DNA of 64,000 nucleotides from contig NC_057728.1 of NCBI RefSeq assembly GCF_004010195.1, forward strand, positions 53,588,174 through 53,652,173, read 5' to 3'. Source of the stretch: Chiloscyllium plagiosum. Lineage: Eukaryota. The position numbers were made by a program, and so were the translations under genes. Shown piece by piece: positions 39,470 to 50,770 of this stretch (positions are counted from its first letter, which is position 1; the number at the start of each line of letters is the position of its first letter). The notes under the pieces were generated by a model. That model saw only the letters and a program-made list of their open reading frames with translations. It had not been told where the DNA came from and did not search any database.

Positions 39470-39825
39470 ATCAAGAGACCAAAGACATGATTTCAAAGTT
39501 CAAATCTCACCATGGCAGCTGGTGAAATAGAAATTCAATTAACAAAAGTCTTGAGGAGAAAGCTAGTATCAATAATGGCAACCATAAAACTATCATCAAT
39601 TGTCATTACAAAAAAACTGACACACTTATTCCATTCAGGAAAGAAATCTGCCATCTTTTCCTGGTCTGACCTACATGTGACTCTAGACTCTAATAATATG
39701 GTTGACTCTTAACTGTCCTCTAAAATGGCTGGCAAACATTTTTAGTTCAATGGCAATTAGAGAAGGGAAATACATACTGACTTTACCAGTGATGCCCTCA
39801 TCCCATGAAAGAATAAAGAAAAAAA
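39470..39825 (+). mobile_element. DeuSINE (SacSINE1/AmnSINE1-like)
   Basis: Deu-domain-like ..ggaaagaaatctgccatc..ggtctgacctacatgtgactctagac..ggttgactcttaactg.. and an A-rich tail. Confidence 0.7.
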
Positions 39826-42009
39826 AGTTATATTGCTCAGTTTGAATCAAGAGAGCAGTTCATAAACAGAGAAAGAAAGAGAGAAAATACTGCTCAGTTA
39901 AATACTGTTCCATTTTCCTCGCTTATTTCAATCTCAGTGACCAATAATTCTCCTAGCGTACCACATCAATAATAGAATAGATGCCCATCACTTCAAACTT
40001 CCATATATATACCGACTTCAAGTAGTTTAGCTGTTATGCAAACAAATAAATATACCATATGTAGCATCAATAATATTCTCACTCTGCTAATCATATAATG
40101 ATAATTCTTACACCTTTTAATTATACATATGTTCCATACATTGTATAAGAGCATAAGAAATACAGTAGACTATATCCAGCCCAATCAAGCCTGCTTCACT
40201 GTTCATATTGATTCTGGCTGATACTTGGCCTTACCTCTACTTTCTCACCTACTGCCTGTATCCCTTGATTCTCTAAGAGACTAAAGATCTCTGTCTTAGC
40301 CCTATAAGTATCCAATAATGAAGTATCCACAACCTTTGGAGTCAGAGAATTCCAAAATTCAGAACAATTTGAGTAAAGAAACATTCATCTCAGTCCTAAA
40401 TGAGTAAACCACAGAAGATCCTAAGGAGTCTTGACAGGATGGATTCTGAGAGGATATTTTCCTTTACTAGAGAGAATCATGTGACAATTTTAAGACAGAA
40501 ATTAGGTCAATTGTTTCCTCTCAAAAGACTGTTAATCAGTGAAATTCTCTTCCCCAGAGAGCAATGCAGGCTGGACCTTTAAAGCAAAGTCAGATGGGTT
40601 TTGACAAACAATGAGTCATGGGTTCTTGAGGGGAGACAGAAAAATGGAATTATGACTACAATCAGATCAACTACAATCTTATTAAATGTCACAGCAGGAT
40701 TGAAGGGCTGAAAGGCCTTTATCCTGCTTCTAAATCTTACGTTTCTATGATCTGCCTCTTATCTTGAGACTCTGTTCCTCTTTTCTAGATTTATCAGTTA
40801 TGGGAAACAACTTTTCAGTATCTACCCTATGTTATAATCTTAACAGCAGTCAGTAACTTTTAAAAAAAAATCAAATGCTCAGTTATTAACAGAAAGAGTT
40901 ACACCACTTGATTTCATATTTCAAACAAACAAACTTTTACGGTATTGGGAAGTAAATACTACTAACTTGATGCTTTATTTCATAACATTTATTCTATGTG
41001 CCCAGAAATCTCAACAGATTACCTTCCATTCAAATTTTATTTTCACCCAAGAGTTCTCCTAAACAGTACAGGATCTTGAGCAATTCTCTACTTTTCCTGA
41101 ATCCAAACTAAGGTGTGCCATAGCTCTCACTTTGTACACACCAGTCCAACACCGGCATCTCAAAATCATGACTTTAATTCTCCTCAGTGTTCCTACTATT
41201 CTCCAATGAAATAAGATTACTTGGGGTCCTTCCATGATGACCCTTTAATCTCCTTAAGTACGACACGATCCTTAAGTACGACAGGCTTTCATTTACATAG
41301 CTTAGTGCTTTATAGCTCCTAGGTAATTTCTCTCTCTGTGGTGTTCTAGTCCTTAACATAAACCGCCCATTTCAAACATGTTACAAAGCTGAGTAATGGT
41401 TTGGTGAGAAAACATACAGATAAACACAAGATGATATGTAAGCTCCCAGTATTCTTACCCCATAGCAATGTGTCATATTTGTAATGTCCCAGGTAAAGAC
41501 TTCAATAACTCACTTCAATTATCAACCGATCCTTTATCTAAAAATTATATGAATACTTTAAGATTGTCCCTTGTTTACTAATTGCTTTTCAACCTTCCTT
41601 TGACCTGGGAAATTACATGAACAATTTGGATGACAAATAAAGATATCTGGCCTCCATCAAGAAGCTTAGAGAGGAACCACTTCTAACTTTGATTTTATTG
41701 AATAGACACAGGTCACTATTTAAATGGCATTTGCTTCAGTCTGTTTGCCACTCTTTCTTCAGGGGTTTCCATTCAAGTCAGAGGGCATTCCAACAGGAAA
41801 TCAGAGTTAAATGAATAGGGAATATGGCTGGGGGCAGAGATTAAAGTTTTAGCAATGGGGAACAGGCAGACTTAGGGGAGGGTATGACACAAAAGGAGTT
41901 AAATGTAAGGTAGAGATATAACAACACCATGAGATTTTGAAGGGGCCTGATAGTGTAGAAATGGAAAGATTGTTTCCACTGGTCAAGGACTTTAAAACAA
42001 AGGAAAAAT

Positions 42010-45000
42010 GTCTCCTGGATGGTATGTTGCCTCCTGGGTGCCAGAGTCAGGGATGTTTTGGATCGAGACTGCAGGATTCTTAAGGGGGAGGGAGAGCAGC
42101 CAGAAGTCATGGTATACATCGGTACCAATGACATAGCTAGGAAAAGGGATGAGGACCTGAAAGTGAATATAGGGAGTTAAGTTGAAAGCTAAAAGGCAGG
42201 ACAAGCAGACGAGTAATCTCAGGATTGCTACCAGTGCCATGGGCTAACTAGGTTTGAAACAGAGAGCAAGTTCAAATGAACATGTGGCTGCAAGGTTCGT
42301 GTAAGCCAGAGGGCTTCAGATATGTGGAACATTGGGATAACTTCTGGGAAAGTTAGGACTTGTACAAGAAGGATGGGTTGCACTTGAACTGGAGGGGCAC
42401 CAATACTAGTTTGGCGGAGGGGGAGTGGGAACCAGAGCTACGGACCTGAGGATGGAGTAGCTAGTGAACAGCCAGACACAGTGTGCAGTGAGTCTGTGAG
42501 GAGGGACAGACAGTTGATAGGGCAAAGTTGCAGTCAGTGTGATGGGTTGAAGTGTGTCGATTTTAACACAAGAAGTATCGAGAATAAGGGTGATGAATTC
42601 AGAGCATGGATCAGTACTTGGAACTATGATGTTGTGGCCATTACAGAGACTTGAATATCACAGGGGCAAGAATGATTGTTGAATGTTCCAATTTTGGATG
42701 TTTCAAAAGGAATAGTGGGGAAGATAAAAGAGGTGGGGGAGTGGCATTGCTAATCAGGGATAGTATCACAGCTGCAGTATGGGAGGTTGTCGAGGAGGTT
42801 TGTCTACGGAGTCAGTATGAGGGGAAGCCAGAGACCCAGGAAAAGAATAGTCAGTTTATTGGGAGTTTTCTACTGACACCCCCCAGTCTGTATTTAGGAG
42901 GAAGATTTTGGAAAGGTGCAGAAGTAACAGGCGTGTTGTCATGGGTGACTTTAACTTCCCTAATATTGATTGGAACCTCTTTAGTTCAATTCATTTGGAA
43001 GGAGCAGTTTTTGTCAGGTGTGTCCAGGAAGGATTCTTGACTCAATATGTGGATAGGCCGACTCGAGGGGAGGCCATATTGGATTGGTACTTGGCAATGA
43101 ACTAGGACATGTGTCAGATCTCTCAGTGGGAGAGCATTTCAGTGGTAGTGATCACAACTTCATGACTGTCACTATACTCATGGAGAGGGGCAGGAGCAGA
43201 CAGCATGGGAAAGTATTTAATTGGAGGAGGGGGAATTACAATGCTGTCAGGCAGGAACTGAGTTAGCATAAATTGGGAACAGAGGTTCTCAGGAAAATGC
43301 ACAACAGAAATGTGGGAATTGTTTAGGGAGCCCACTTCCTGATACTGCTAGACAGGTTTGTCCCACTGAGGCAAGGAAGGGATGAGAGATTGAAGGAACC
43401 TTGGGTGACAAGGGATGTAGAACATCTAGTCAAGAGGAAGAAGGAAGCTTACTTAAGGTTGAGCAGGCAAGGATCAGACAGGGCTCTAGACGGTTACAAG
43501 GTAGCCAGGAAGGAATTGAAGAATGGACTTAGGAGGGCTGGAAGGGGTATGAAAAAGCTTTGGTGGGTAGAATTAAGGAAAACCCCAAGGAATTCTACGC
43601 TTATTTGAGGAACAAGAGGATGGTCAGAGTTAGGGGAGGGCCAATCAGGGATAGTGGAGAGAACTTGTGCCTGGAGTCAGAGAAAGCAGAGGAGGTCCTT
43701 AATGAATACTTTGCTTCAGCATTGAGTGGGACCTTGACGTTTCTGAGGACAACATCTGACAGGCTGATATGCTTGAACAGGTTGATGTCAAGAAGGAAGA
43801 TGTGCTGAAAATTTTGAAAAACATAAAGACAGATATGTCCCCTGAGCCAGACACGATATACCCAAGGTTGCAACATGGAGGGAAGTGATTGCTGCACCTT
43901 TGGCATTGATCTTTGCATCCTCACTGTCCGCTGGAGTACTACCAGGTGATTGGGTGGTGGCAAATGTTATTCCCTTGTTCAAGAAAGGGAATAGCGATAA
44001 CCCTGGGAATTATAGACCAGTCAGAGATAGGATTTATGATTACTTGGAAAACCACAGTTTGATTAGAGATAGTCAGCATGCTTTGTGAGGGGCAGGTCAT
44101 GCCTCACAAGCCTTTTTGAATTCTTTGAGGATGTGAGAAAAACACATTGATGAGAGTAGAGCTGTGGATGTGGTGTACATAGATTTTAATAAGGTGCTTG
44201 ATAAAGTTCTCCATGGTAGGCTCATTCAGAAATTAAGGAGGCATGGGATACAGGGAAATTCTGTTGTCTGGATACAGAATTGGCTGGTCCATGGAAGACA
44301 GAGAGTGGTTGTAGATGGAAAGCATTTGGTCTGGATTTCGGTGACCAGTGGTGTTCCACAAGGATCTGATCTCAGGCCTCTGCTCTTTGTGATTTTTATA
44401 AATGACTTGGATGAGAAAGTGGAAGGGTGGGTTAGTAAGTTTGCCGATGACACAAAGGTTGGTGGAGCTGTGGATAGTGTGGAGGGCTGTTGTAAGTTGC
44501 AACGGGACATTGACAGAATGCAGAATAGAGCTGATAAATGGCAGATGGCGTTCAACCGAGAAAAGTGTGAAGTGAGTCATTTTGGAAGGTTGAATTTGAT
44601 GCAGAATACAGGGTTAAAGGCAGGATTCTTGGCAGTGTGGAGGAACAGAGGGATCTTGGGGTCTATGTCTATCAATCCCTCAAAGTTGCCATCTAAGTTA
44701 ATAGGGTTGTTAAGAAGGCATATGGTGTGTTGGCTTTCATTCGCAGGGGGATTGAGTTTAAGAGCCACAAGGTTATGCTACAGCTCTATACAGCCCTGGT
44801 TAGACCACATTGGAATATTGTATTCACTTCTGGTTGCCTAATTATAGGTAGGATGTGAAAGCTTTAGAAAGGGTGCAGAGGAGATTTACCAGGATGCTGC
44901 CTGGAATGAAGTGCATGTCTTATGAAAAAAGGTTGAGGGAGTTAAGGCTATTCCCATTGGAGTGAAGAAGGCGACTTGAGGTGACAAAATGATGAGAGGC

Positions 45001-45325
45001 ATAGATAGAGTGAGTAGTTAGAGAATTAGTCTTCTGGCTTAGATATAAATGGCTATCACAAAAGGGCCTAATTTTAAGGTGATTGGAGGAAGATTTAGGG
45101 AGATATCAAAGATCGGTTCTTTACACAGAGAGGTGTGGGTGCATGTAATGCACTGCCACTTGTAGAAGTATCGTCAGATACATTCGGGACACTTAAGCGA
45201 CTCTTGGATAGGCATATGGATGATAGTAAAATGAAGGGTATGTAGGTTAGTTTGATCTTAAGAGTAGGATAAATGATTGGCACAACAGTGAGGGCCAAAG
45301 GGCCTGCTGTACTGTTCTATGTTGT
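42010..45325 (+). mobile_element. Long decayed CR1 LINE: ORF1 esterase end, APE and RT
   Basis: GEGEQPEVMVYIGTNDI (SGNH esterase), VMGDFNFPNIDW, SDHN, PLFKKG..PGNYRPV, FADDTK and a CR1 3' tail; frameshifted. Confidence 0.92.
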
Positions 45326-45495
45326 AAGTCTCAGGATAACAGGACCATCGGTTAAGAGTGAGAGAAGGAGAAATTATTTCACTCAAAGGATTGTGAAATT
45401 TCCACCCCAGAGAGATCTGAAATCTTCATCATTGACTAAATTTAAAGCTAGAAGAGTCAAGCTTTTGGTCCCTTGGGAGACCAAGGGATATGAGG

Positions 45496-45733
45496 AGTGA
45501 AATAACTCCACAGTGGCTGGTATCCCATCAGCAAGTCACCCTTTATTTACACGTGCACAGTAATTAACTCTCGGCCAGCTCCTTCAGAGCCAGCTCTCAG
45601 AGTGAGCGGAACCTCTGATACTCCTGTTTATATCTGTCAGCCAAGGCTCCCTGATTGGATCAGATTAACAGCCTCAGTTGGGGAACTTGTATTCTATGAG
45701 GTCCACCTGACTGACCTCATTACAACCACTACA
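45496..45733 (-). mobile_element. Solo LTR (Gypsy-like) in the last intron
   Basis: On the minus strand: starts TGTAGTG, then CCAAT (45654-45658), TATAAA (45627-45632) and AATAAA (45542-45547) in U3-R order. Interrupts a CR1 tail. Confidence 0.7.
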
Positions 45734-45914
45734 GAGCAGATGGAAAATGGAATTGAAGCCCAAGATCAGCGGCTGATCATGTTGAATACAGGGGCCAGAA
45801 AATTGCAACTTTGTACATTTTTCACCATACTCCTGTATTATTTGTACTTGAGTACACGTGACAATAAAACCTTATTCTATTAAACTAAAGTGCCATTTTT
45901 TCTCATCTTTTCAG

Positions 45915-46082
45915 AACAACAATGTTCAGCAGATTAATGACGACACTTTCTGTAACTCAAAGGACATACACTATGTTCGCAAGGCCCTGGAGCTCATTCG
46001 ACTGGATGGAAATCCCATTAATCTTAGCAAAACACCTAGTGCCTATATCTGTCTCCCACACGTACCCTATGGCAATTATTAA
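45915..46082 (+). CDS. EPYC: Epiphycan-like last coding exon (ear repeat and C-terminal Cys pair)
   Basis: ttttcag|AAC; NNNVQQINDDTFCNSKDIHYVRKALELIRLDGNPINLSKTPSAYICLPHVPYGNY*. RLDGNPINLSKTP is the EPYC-type form of this motif. Confidence 0.95.
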   Translation, partial: NNNVQQINDDTFCNSKDIHYVRKALELIRLDGNPINLSKTPSAYICLPHVPYGNY

Positions 46083-46289
46083 AGATCTCCATTTCTATTC
46101 TCAGTGTACACAAAAGAAATCACAGTGGGCCAAAGCCTTTTACTATTGTGCTTAGGATTTTCAACAGCAAATAATTCCTTTTCAATGAATCTGTTTAAAT
46201 GCTACATCCATGGTGTTTCTCTTGTTCTAATGAGTGATTGAATCATTTCTATAAAGGAAGAACATATTCAACTATTTGAAATGCTAGGC

Positions 46290-46600
46290 AATAAAGCAAG
46301 AGAAAGGAAAAGTTGTAAATGTTTAATAAGGAAACCTATTTTGAAATCCAATCTGTATTGACTCTGCCAAATAAATAAATATGATCTGGTTAAAAAAACA
46401 TTTTGTTATTCGTTAAGCAATATATGTGCTCCATCAATGCATTTTCAACTTACCTTCATGTTATAAGCCTGATGCTATAAAAAGAAAAATTTATTTTGCC
46501 TTTCCATTTCTTTGAAGCATTTAACATTATTGTTAGATTTATAATGAACCCCGTCTGCCTTGTAAACATTATTCCTAATTGTACTTGCAGCATGAATAAA
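46290..46600 (+). terminator. Candidate polyadenylation signals of the SLRP 3' UTR
   Basis: AATAAA at 46290, 46370/46374 and 46595 in AT-rich sequence after the stop codon. Confidence 0.5.
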
Positions 46601-47016
46601 TGTCTCATTAATGTTATTTTTAAAGCCTCTTAGTATGAAAAATATTGAATTTTGTTGTATCCTACAGGAAAAAATATAAAACTTAGTTGTAACTACACAA
46701 TGGTAACACAATAATCATCAGGATGAACTTTTTGGTGTTGATTAAGGTGGGAAAAGCAAGCTGAAACAACAGTAAAACGTATTTGCGGTAAACATTTCTT
46801 TGATTTGCATTTTTAAAACCAACCATTGATGTGGACTCTAGCTTATGATGTTAAGTTCAATCATTTATTTATGTAAATTAAAATTTAAAACGTTTTGTTT
46901 AACTATTAGGTCTCATTTAACTGCTTTCTTGATCTCTAGAATACACTGCAATTTGAGCCAGAGCAGCAAAACTGCAATGGACGAATAGTATTTGAGGCAG
47001 GTGGGTGCATGGTTAT

Positions 47017-47745
47017 TGATGTATATTTTGTTCCACAAATCCAGACGACACAAGTTTCAGTACAACGGTAGATGCTTGATTATCGGATAGCTGGTGAGAA
47101 ATTCTCAATGTCCCCAGAAGCAGTCGTGTATCTACTTGTGGTGACACTTCTCCACAATTCCCTGCTTTACACACAAAGACAGTATTTTTTATAGGAATTA
47201 AACAAAAGGTCTATCAGTCACATGGTCAATTGCCGTTACATAGTTTAAAATCGGCAATTATAAACTTACAAAGCCGGTGAATGTCGATGTCCTATGATAA
47301 CTAGTGAATGGATTACATGGACTGATTATTGTGTTCTTCATGATCATGTGTTGATGGGAAGAGAGTAAAACAGAAGGGTTTTGCCTGTTCTTAATGAGGG
47401 ATTCACATACCTATGCTAATATGGAGGGGAACCAAGATAATGGAAGCAGGAGGCAGTTTAACAAGGTTGTGGCCAAGGCTATCAGTCATTTTTGGGAAGG
47501 ACAAATACCTTTGCCTGAGGCTGCAGAGGAATCCACATGTGTACCTCCAGTGGATTCCTTCTCTAAGATTCAGTCAGCCTCCTCCCTACTGAGATGTTCT
47601 GTCTATTCTGTAAGAGGACAGACATGCAATTGATACTGCGGTGAGTCTCTTTGGCAGTGGAATGTTTAACCCTTGGGCCCCCAGTATGCCTTGAAAGAGA
47701 AGTAAAACATGAAACTGATCCCTTTGTGATTTTCTAACTTCCTCA
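47017..47745 (-). repeat. ERV 3' LTR (~730 bp)
   Basis: On the minus strand it follows PPT AATAGGAGGGAA (47746-47757), starts TGAGG and ends CATCA, with TATAAAA at 47187-47193. The left boundary is less certain. Confidence 0.65.
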
Positions 47746-47777
47746 TTCCCTCCTATTCAATGATCAACCAGGTCCAC

Positions 47778-49317
47778 TCAGAGCCTATAGCGAAAACATT
47801 CAGACAACAGTGGCCATAAGCACCACAGCATTAGAATGCAGGATATTTCAAATAGTATTGTAATTCTGATATGTACTAGCAGGCCTCCCAGTCCTCCGAG
47901 GATGCCCTCTAGTGACCACCCTTCCATGCCATTGCTAAACCCCTTGTCAATAGGTTGGACAATCTGGATTTCCTGTGTGATGTGTTTAGAAAGGTCAGTG
48001 ATGTGAGTGGACTCGTCAGGGATATAGGTGCAGCACTCTGCCCCAATAATAGCACAGGTACCACCCTCCTTGGTCAGCAGGAAGTCCAGGCCAACGATTC
48101 TGGAGGGCCACAGTCCTAACTGCAAGCAGTTCTGCGTTAATTTCAGGTAAAGCACTAGCCATATCATTGGCAACCCTTTCCTATATGGTCCTAAGCTAAG
48201 TTCTTTGGCATGCAAATAGACACCTGTCAGGGGAGAGAATATTCCCACCCAGGTGAGGAACCCTTCGAGGGATCTTTAGGGTCTCAGGGGTGAGGGTAAG
48301 TTGTCCAAAACACGAATGCGGGGTACAACATACCCCATGTAACATGACCCCCTACAATCGGAGGGAAGCCAGGGTAGGCTTTTAACTGGCAAATAAAGTA
48401 TGTGCCATTGTAAGCTGTCAAGGTGGAAACTGCGGCCCCCATCCCCGCAGCCTGGGAGCAGGGTTATTACAGAGGTGGCCTGAGGTTCTGTTTAAATTCT
48501 GAATAGGTTTGACCCAGGGGATGACAAAGGAGCATTCACTCGTTCCCACGAGTACCTTTAGAGGGCTTCCCTTCCCACCTGAAACAAATGGTGTAGTCGA
48601 TGATGTTGTTGAGGACAACAAGGGAGGGTGGCCTATGCGATTGTAATTATGGCGATACCAGTCCCTGAATGAGGTCAGGTTATACACTGCCAACTGCCAA
48701 TCCCATGCATCATCGGTGTTAGCAAGATCACTGGAAAGGCTTCGATGCAGTATCAATTCAGCCACTTTGTGCTAGCAGAAAGGTATGGGCCACAAAGGGA
48801 TCCCCCCTCCGCAACCTTCGTGGGCGGCATGGTGGCACAGTGGTTAGCACTGCTGCCTCACAGCGCCTGAGACCCGGGTTCAATTCCCGCCTCAGGCGAC
48901 TGACTGTGTGGAGTTTGCACATTCTCCCCGTGTCTGCGTGGGTTTCCTCCGGGTGCTCCGGTTTCCTCCCACAATCCAAAGATGTGCTGGTCAGGTGAAT
49001 TGATCATGTTAAATTACCCGTAGTGTTAGGGAATGGGTAAATGTAGGGGTATGGGTGGGTTGCGCTTCGGCGGGTTGGTGTGGACTTGTTGGGCCGAAGG
49101 GCCTGTTTCCACACTGTAATGTAATCTAATGTAATCTAAACCCCCAAGAGGGGTGGCATATGGGCACATAATCAATAGCGGGTGTCTCTCCCTGTTACAC
49201 GGGCTGTCTGATAGGTTGGTGCAAAAAGGTATTATGCTTAGGGGTATCAGTTTAAAATCCACCTGTTCTCAAGGCCCCATTTCCCAAAGTCACCAAAATC
49301 ACAAGTATGGAAAACAT
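47778..49317 (-). pseudogene. env: ERV env remnant (gamma-type envelope)
   Basis: Signal-like MFSILVILVTLG at 49317; SU motif AYNGTYFIC..WLP..GSCYMGYVVP; frameshifted ISD LQNR/GLDFLLTKEGG; CX6CC (CAIIGAECC, 48030-48056); hydrophobic TM anchor. A SINE is inserted at 48822-49139. Confidence 0.9.
48822..49139 (+). mobile_element. HE1-type SINE inserted in ERV env
   Basis: A/B boxes, core and tail all present; CpG-rich, so probably young. Confidence 0.9.
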
Positions 49318-49325
49318 CTTTGCCC

Positions 49326-50770
49326 TCAGTTGGTGTCGGCTTCCATGCTGATTCTTTTGCAGTTGGTTCTGTGTTTCCACTGGGGCTGCCCTTGTACTTT
49401 CACAGCCATCTGTGTGGTCAGCAGCACCTGGAATGGACAGAAGTAGGTACTGGAGATTAGAGTGGTGCTGGAAAAGCACAACAGGTTAGGCAGCATCTGA
49501 GGAGCAGGAAAATGTTGTGGTTCTGTTCGCCGAGCTGGGAATTTGTGTTGCAGATGTTTTGTCCCCTGTCTAGGGGACATCCTCAGTGCTTGGGAGCCTC
49601 TTGTGAAGCGCTTCTGTGTTGTTTTCTCCGGCATTTATAGTGGTTTGTCTCTGCCGCTTCTGGTTGTCAGTTCCAGCTGTCCGCTGCAGTGGCCGGTATA
49701 TTGGGTCCAGGTCGATGTGTTTGGTGATATCAACACGAAGTGTAGCCCATTGTCTCTGGGAGTCCATAGCGGGGAATTATTTCCCTCAACAATATTTTAC
49801 CACTGTTGCAGCCATGTTGTCCCTTGTTGGGATTGCCTCAATCCATCAATTGAAGACATTTACTATTACCAAACAATATTTATACCATTGTACCCTGGGT
49901 AATTCTATGAAATCTCGTTGTAGACAATTGACAGGCCCACCAGATAAGGGTGTAGTCCCAGAACCGCAAGGCATCCCTTTTCCAGCATTTGTCTTTTTGC
50001 AGATCAAGCATGCTTTGGCTCATTTCTCAGCCATTGTTTTGGGCATCAGGGTGCCACCAGGTTTGCAGCAAAGTGCTGACCATTCCCTCCCCGCCTAGGT
50101 GTGTACAGTTATGTACATAATCCACCAAGATTGGTAAAAGCAAAGGAGAGACACAGACCTGTCCCACAGTTTGGTAAGAACATCAAGCGTACATCCCATC
50201 TGTGACCCACAGTCTGTGTTCCTCTGCAGGCATGTCCCCCTGTAATTGATGTATCTCACCCAAGTCTGGAATACCTGTCCTCATACTTTTTGTAACAAGG
50301 TGTTGCTGTGAGCCCAACGGAACCAGGAAGGTGGGGTGTAAGGCTGCCTGCTTGGCGGAGGCATCTACTTGAGCATTGCCCTTGAGGATTCTGTCAGCGG
50401 CACCAGTGTGAGCTGAACATTTGATCACTGCTAGGCTGGACGGTAACTGTGAGGCCTGCAAAAGATTATGCACAGAAACAGCGTTACCCTGTGGAGGTTA
50501 AAGATCCCCTATGCTCCCATAAGATGCCATAGTCATGGGCAACGCCAAAAGCATAGTGAGAGTCTGTATAAATATTAGCCGAACTCCCTTCCTCCAGGAT
50601 GCAAGCCCAAATGAGGACAAACAATTCCGCCTTCTGTGTTGAGAGTGAAGTCTCAAAGCCTGCACATTCAACTACTTCAGAATCCGTAGCAATCGCATAT
50701 CTGGAGCATCACTGACTTGTGGGTGAAATAAAGGAGCTGCCATCTATACAAAAAGTGAAGTCCGCATGTT
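49326..50770 (-). pseudogene. pol: ERV pol remnant: RNase H and integrase
   Basis: RNase H motifs IDGSS, TQKAEL, NIYTDSHYAFGVAHDYG and VIKCSAH..GNAQVDASAKQAA. Integrase motifs HNCTHLG..CLIC, DFIELP..YKYCLVIV..WIEAIPT..LLREIIPRYGLP and C-terminal PFQVLLTT.MAVKV. Interrupted at ~49446-49745. Confidence 0.9.
49446..49745 (-). mobile_element. Penelope-like fragments (two families) inserted in the ERV integrase
   Basis: pLTR piece at 49455-49515, plus a second family's ORF end (KHIDLDPIYRPLQ) and a hammerhead-like terminus at 49550-49589. Confidence 0.7.

Noticed and set aside
40830..41467. Possible solo LTR (TGTTAT...ATAGCA) inside a CR1 tail
   Set aside because: The terminal match is short and no TSD was found.
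47778..48248. Domesticated syncytin-like env gene
   Set aside because: The ISD is frameshifted, there is a stop at the furin-site position, and a SINE is inserted in SU.
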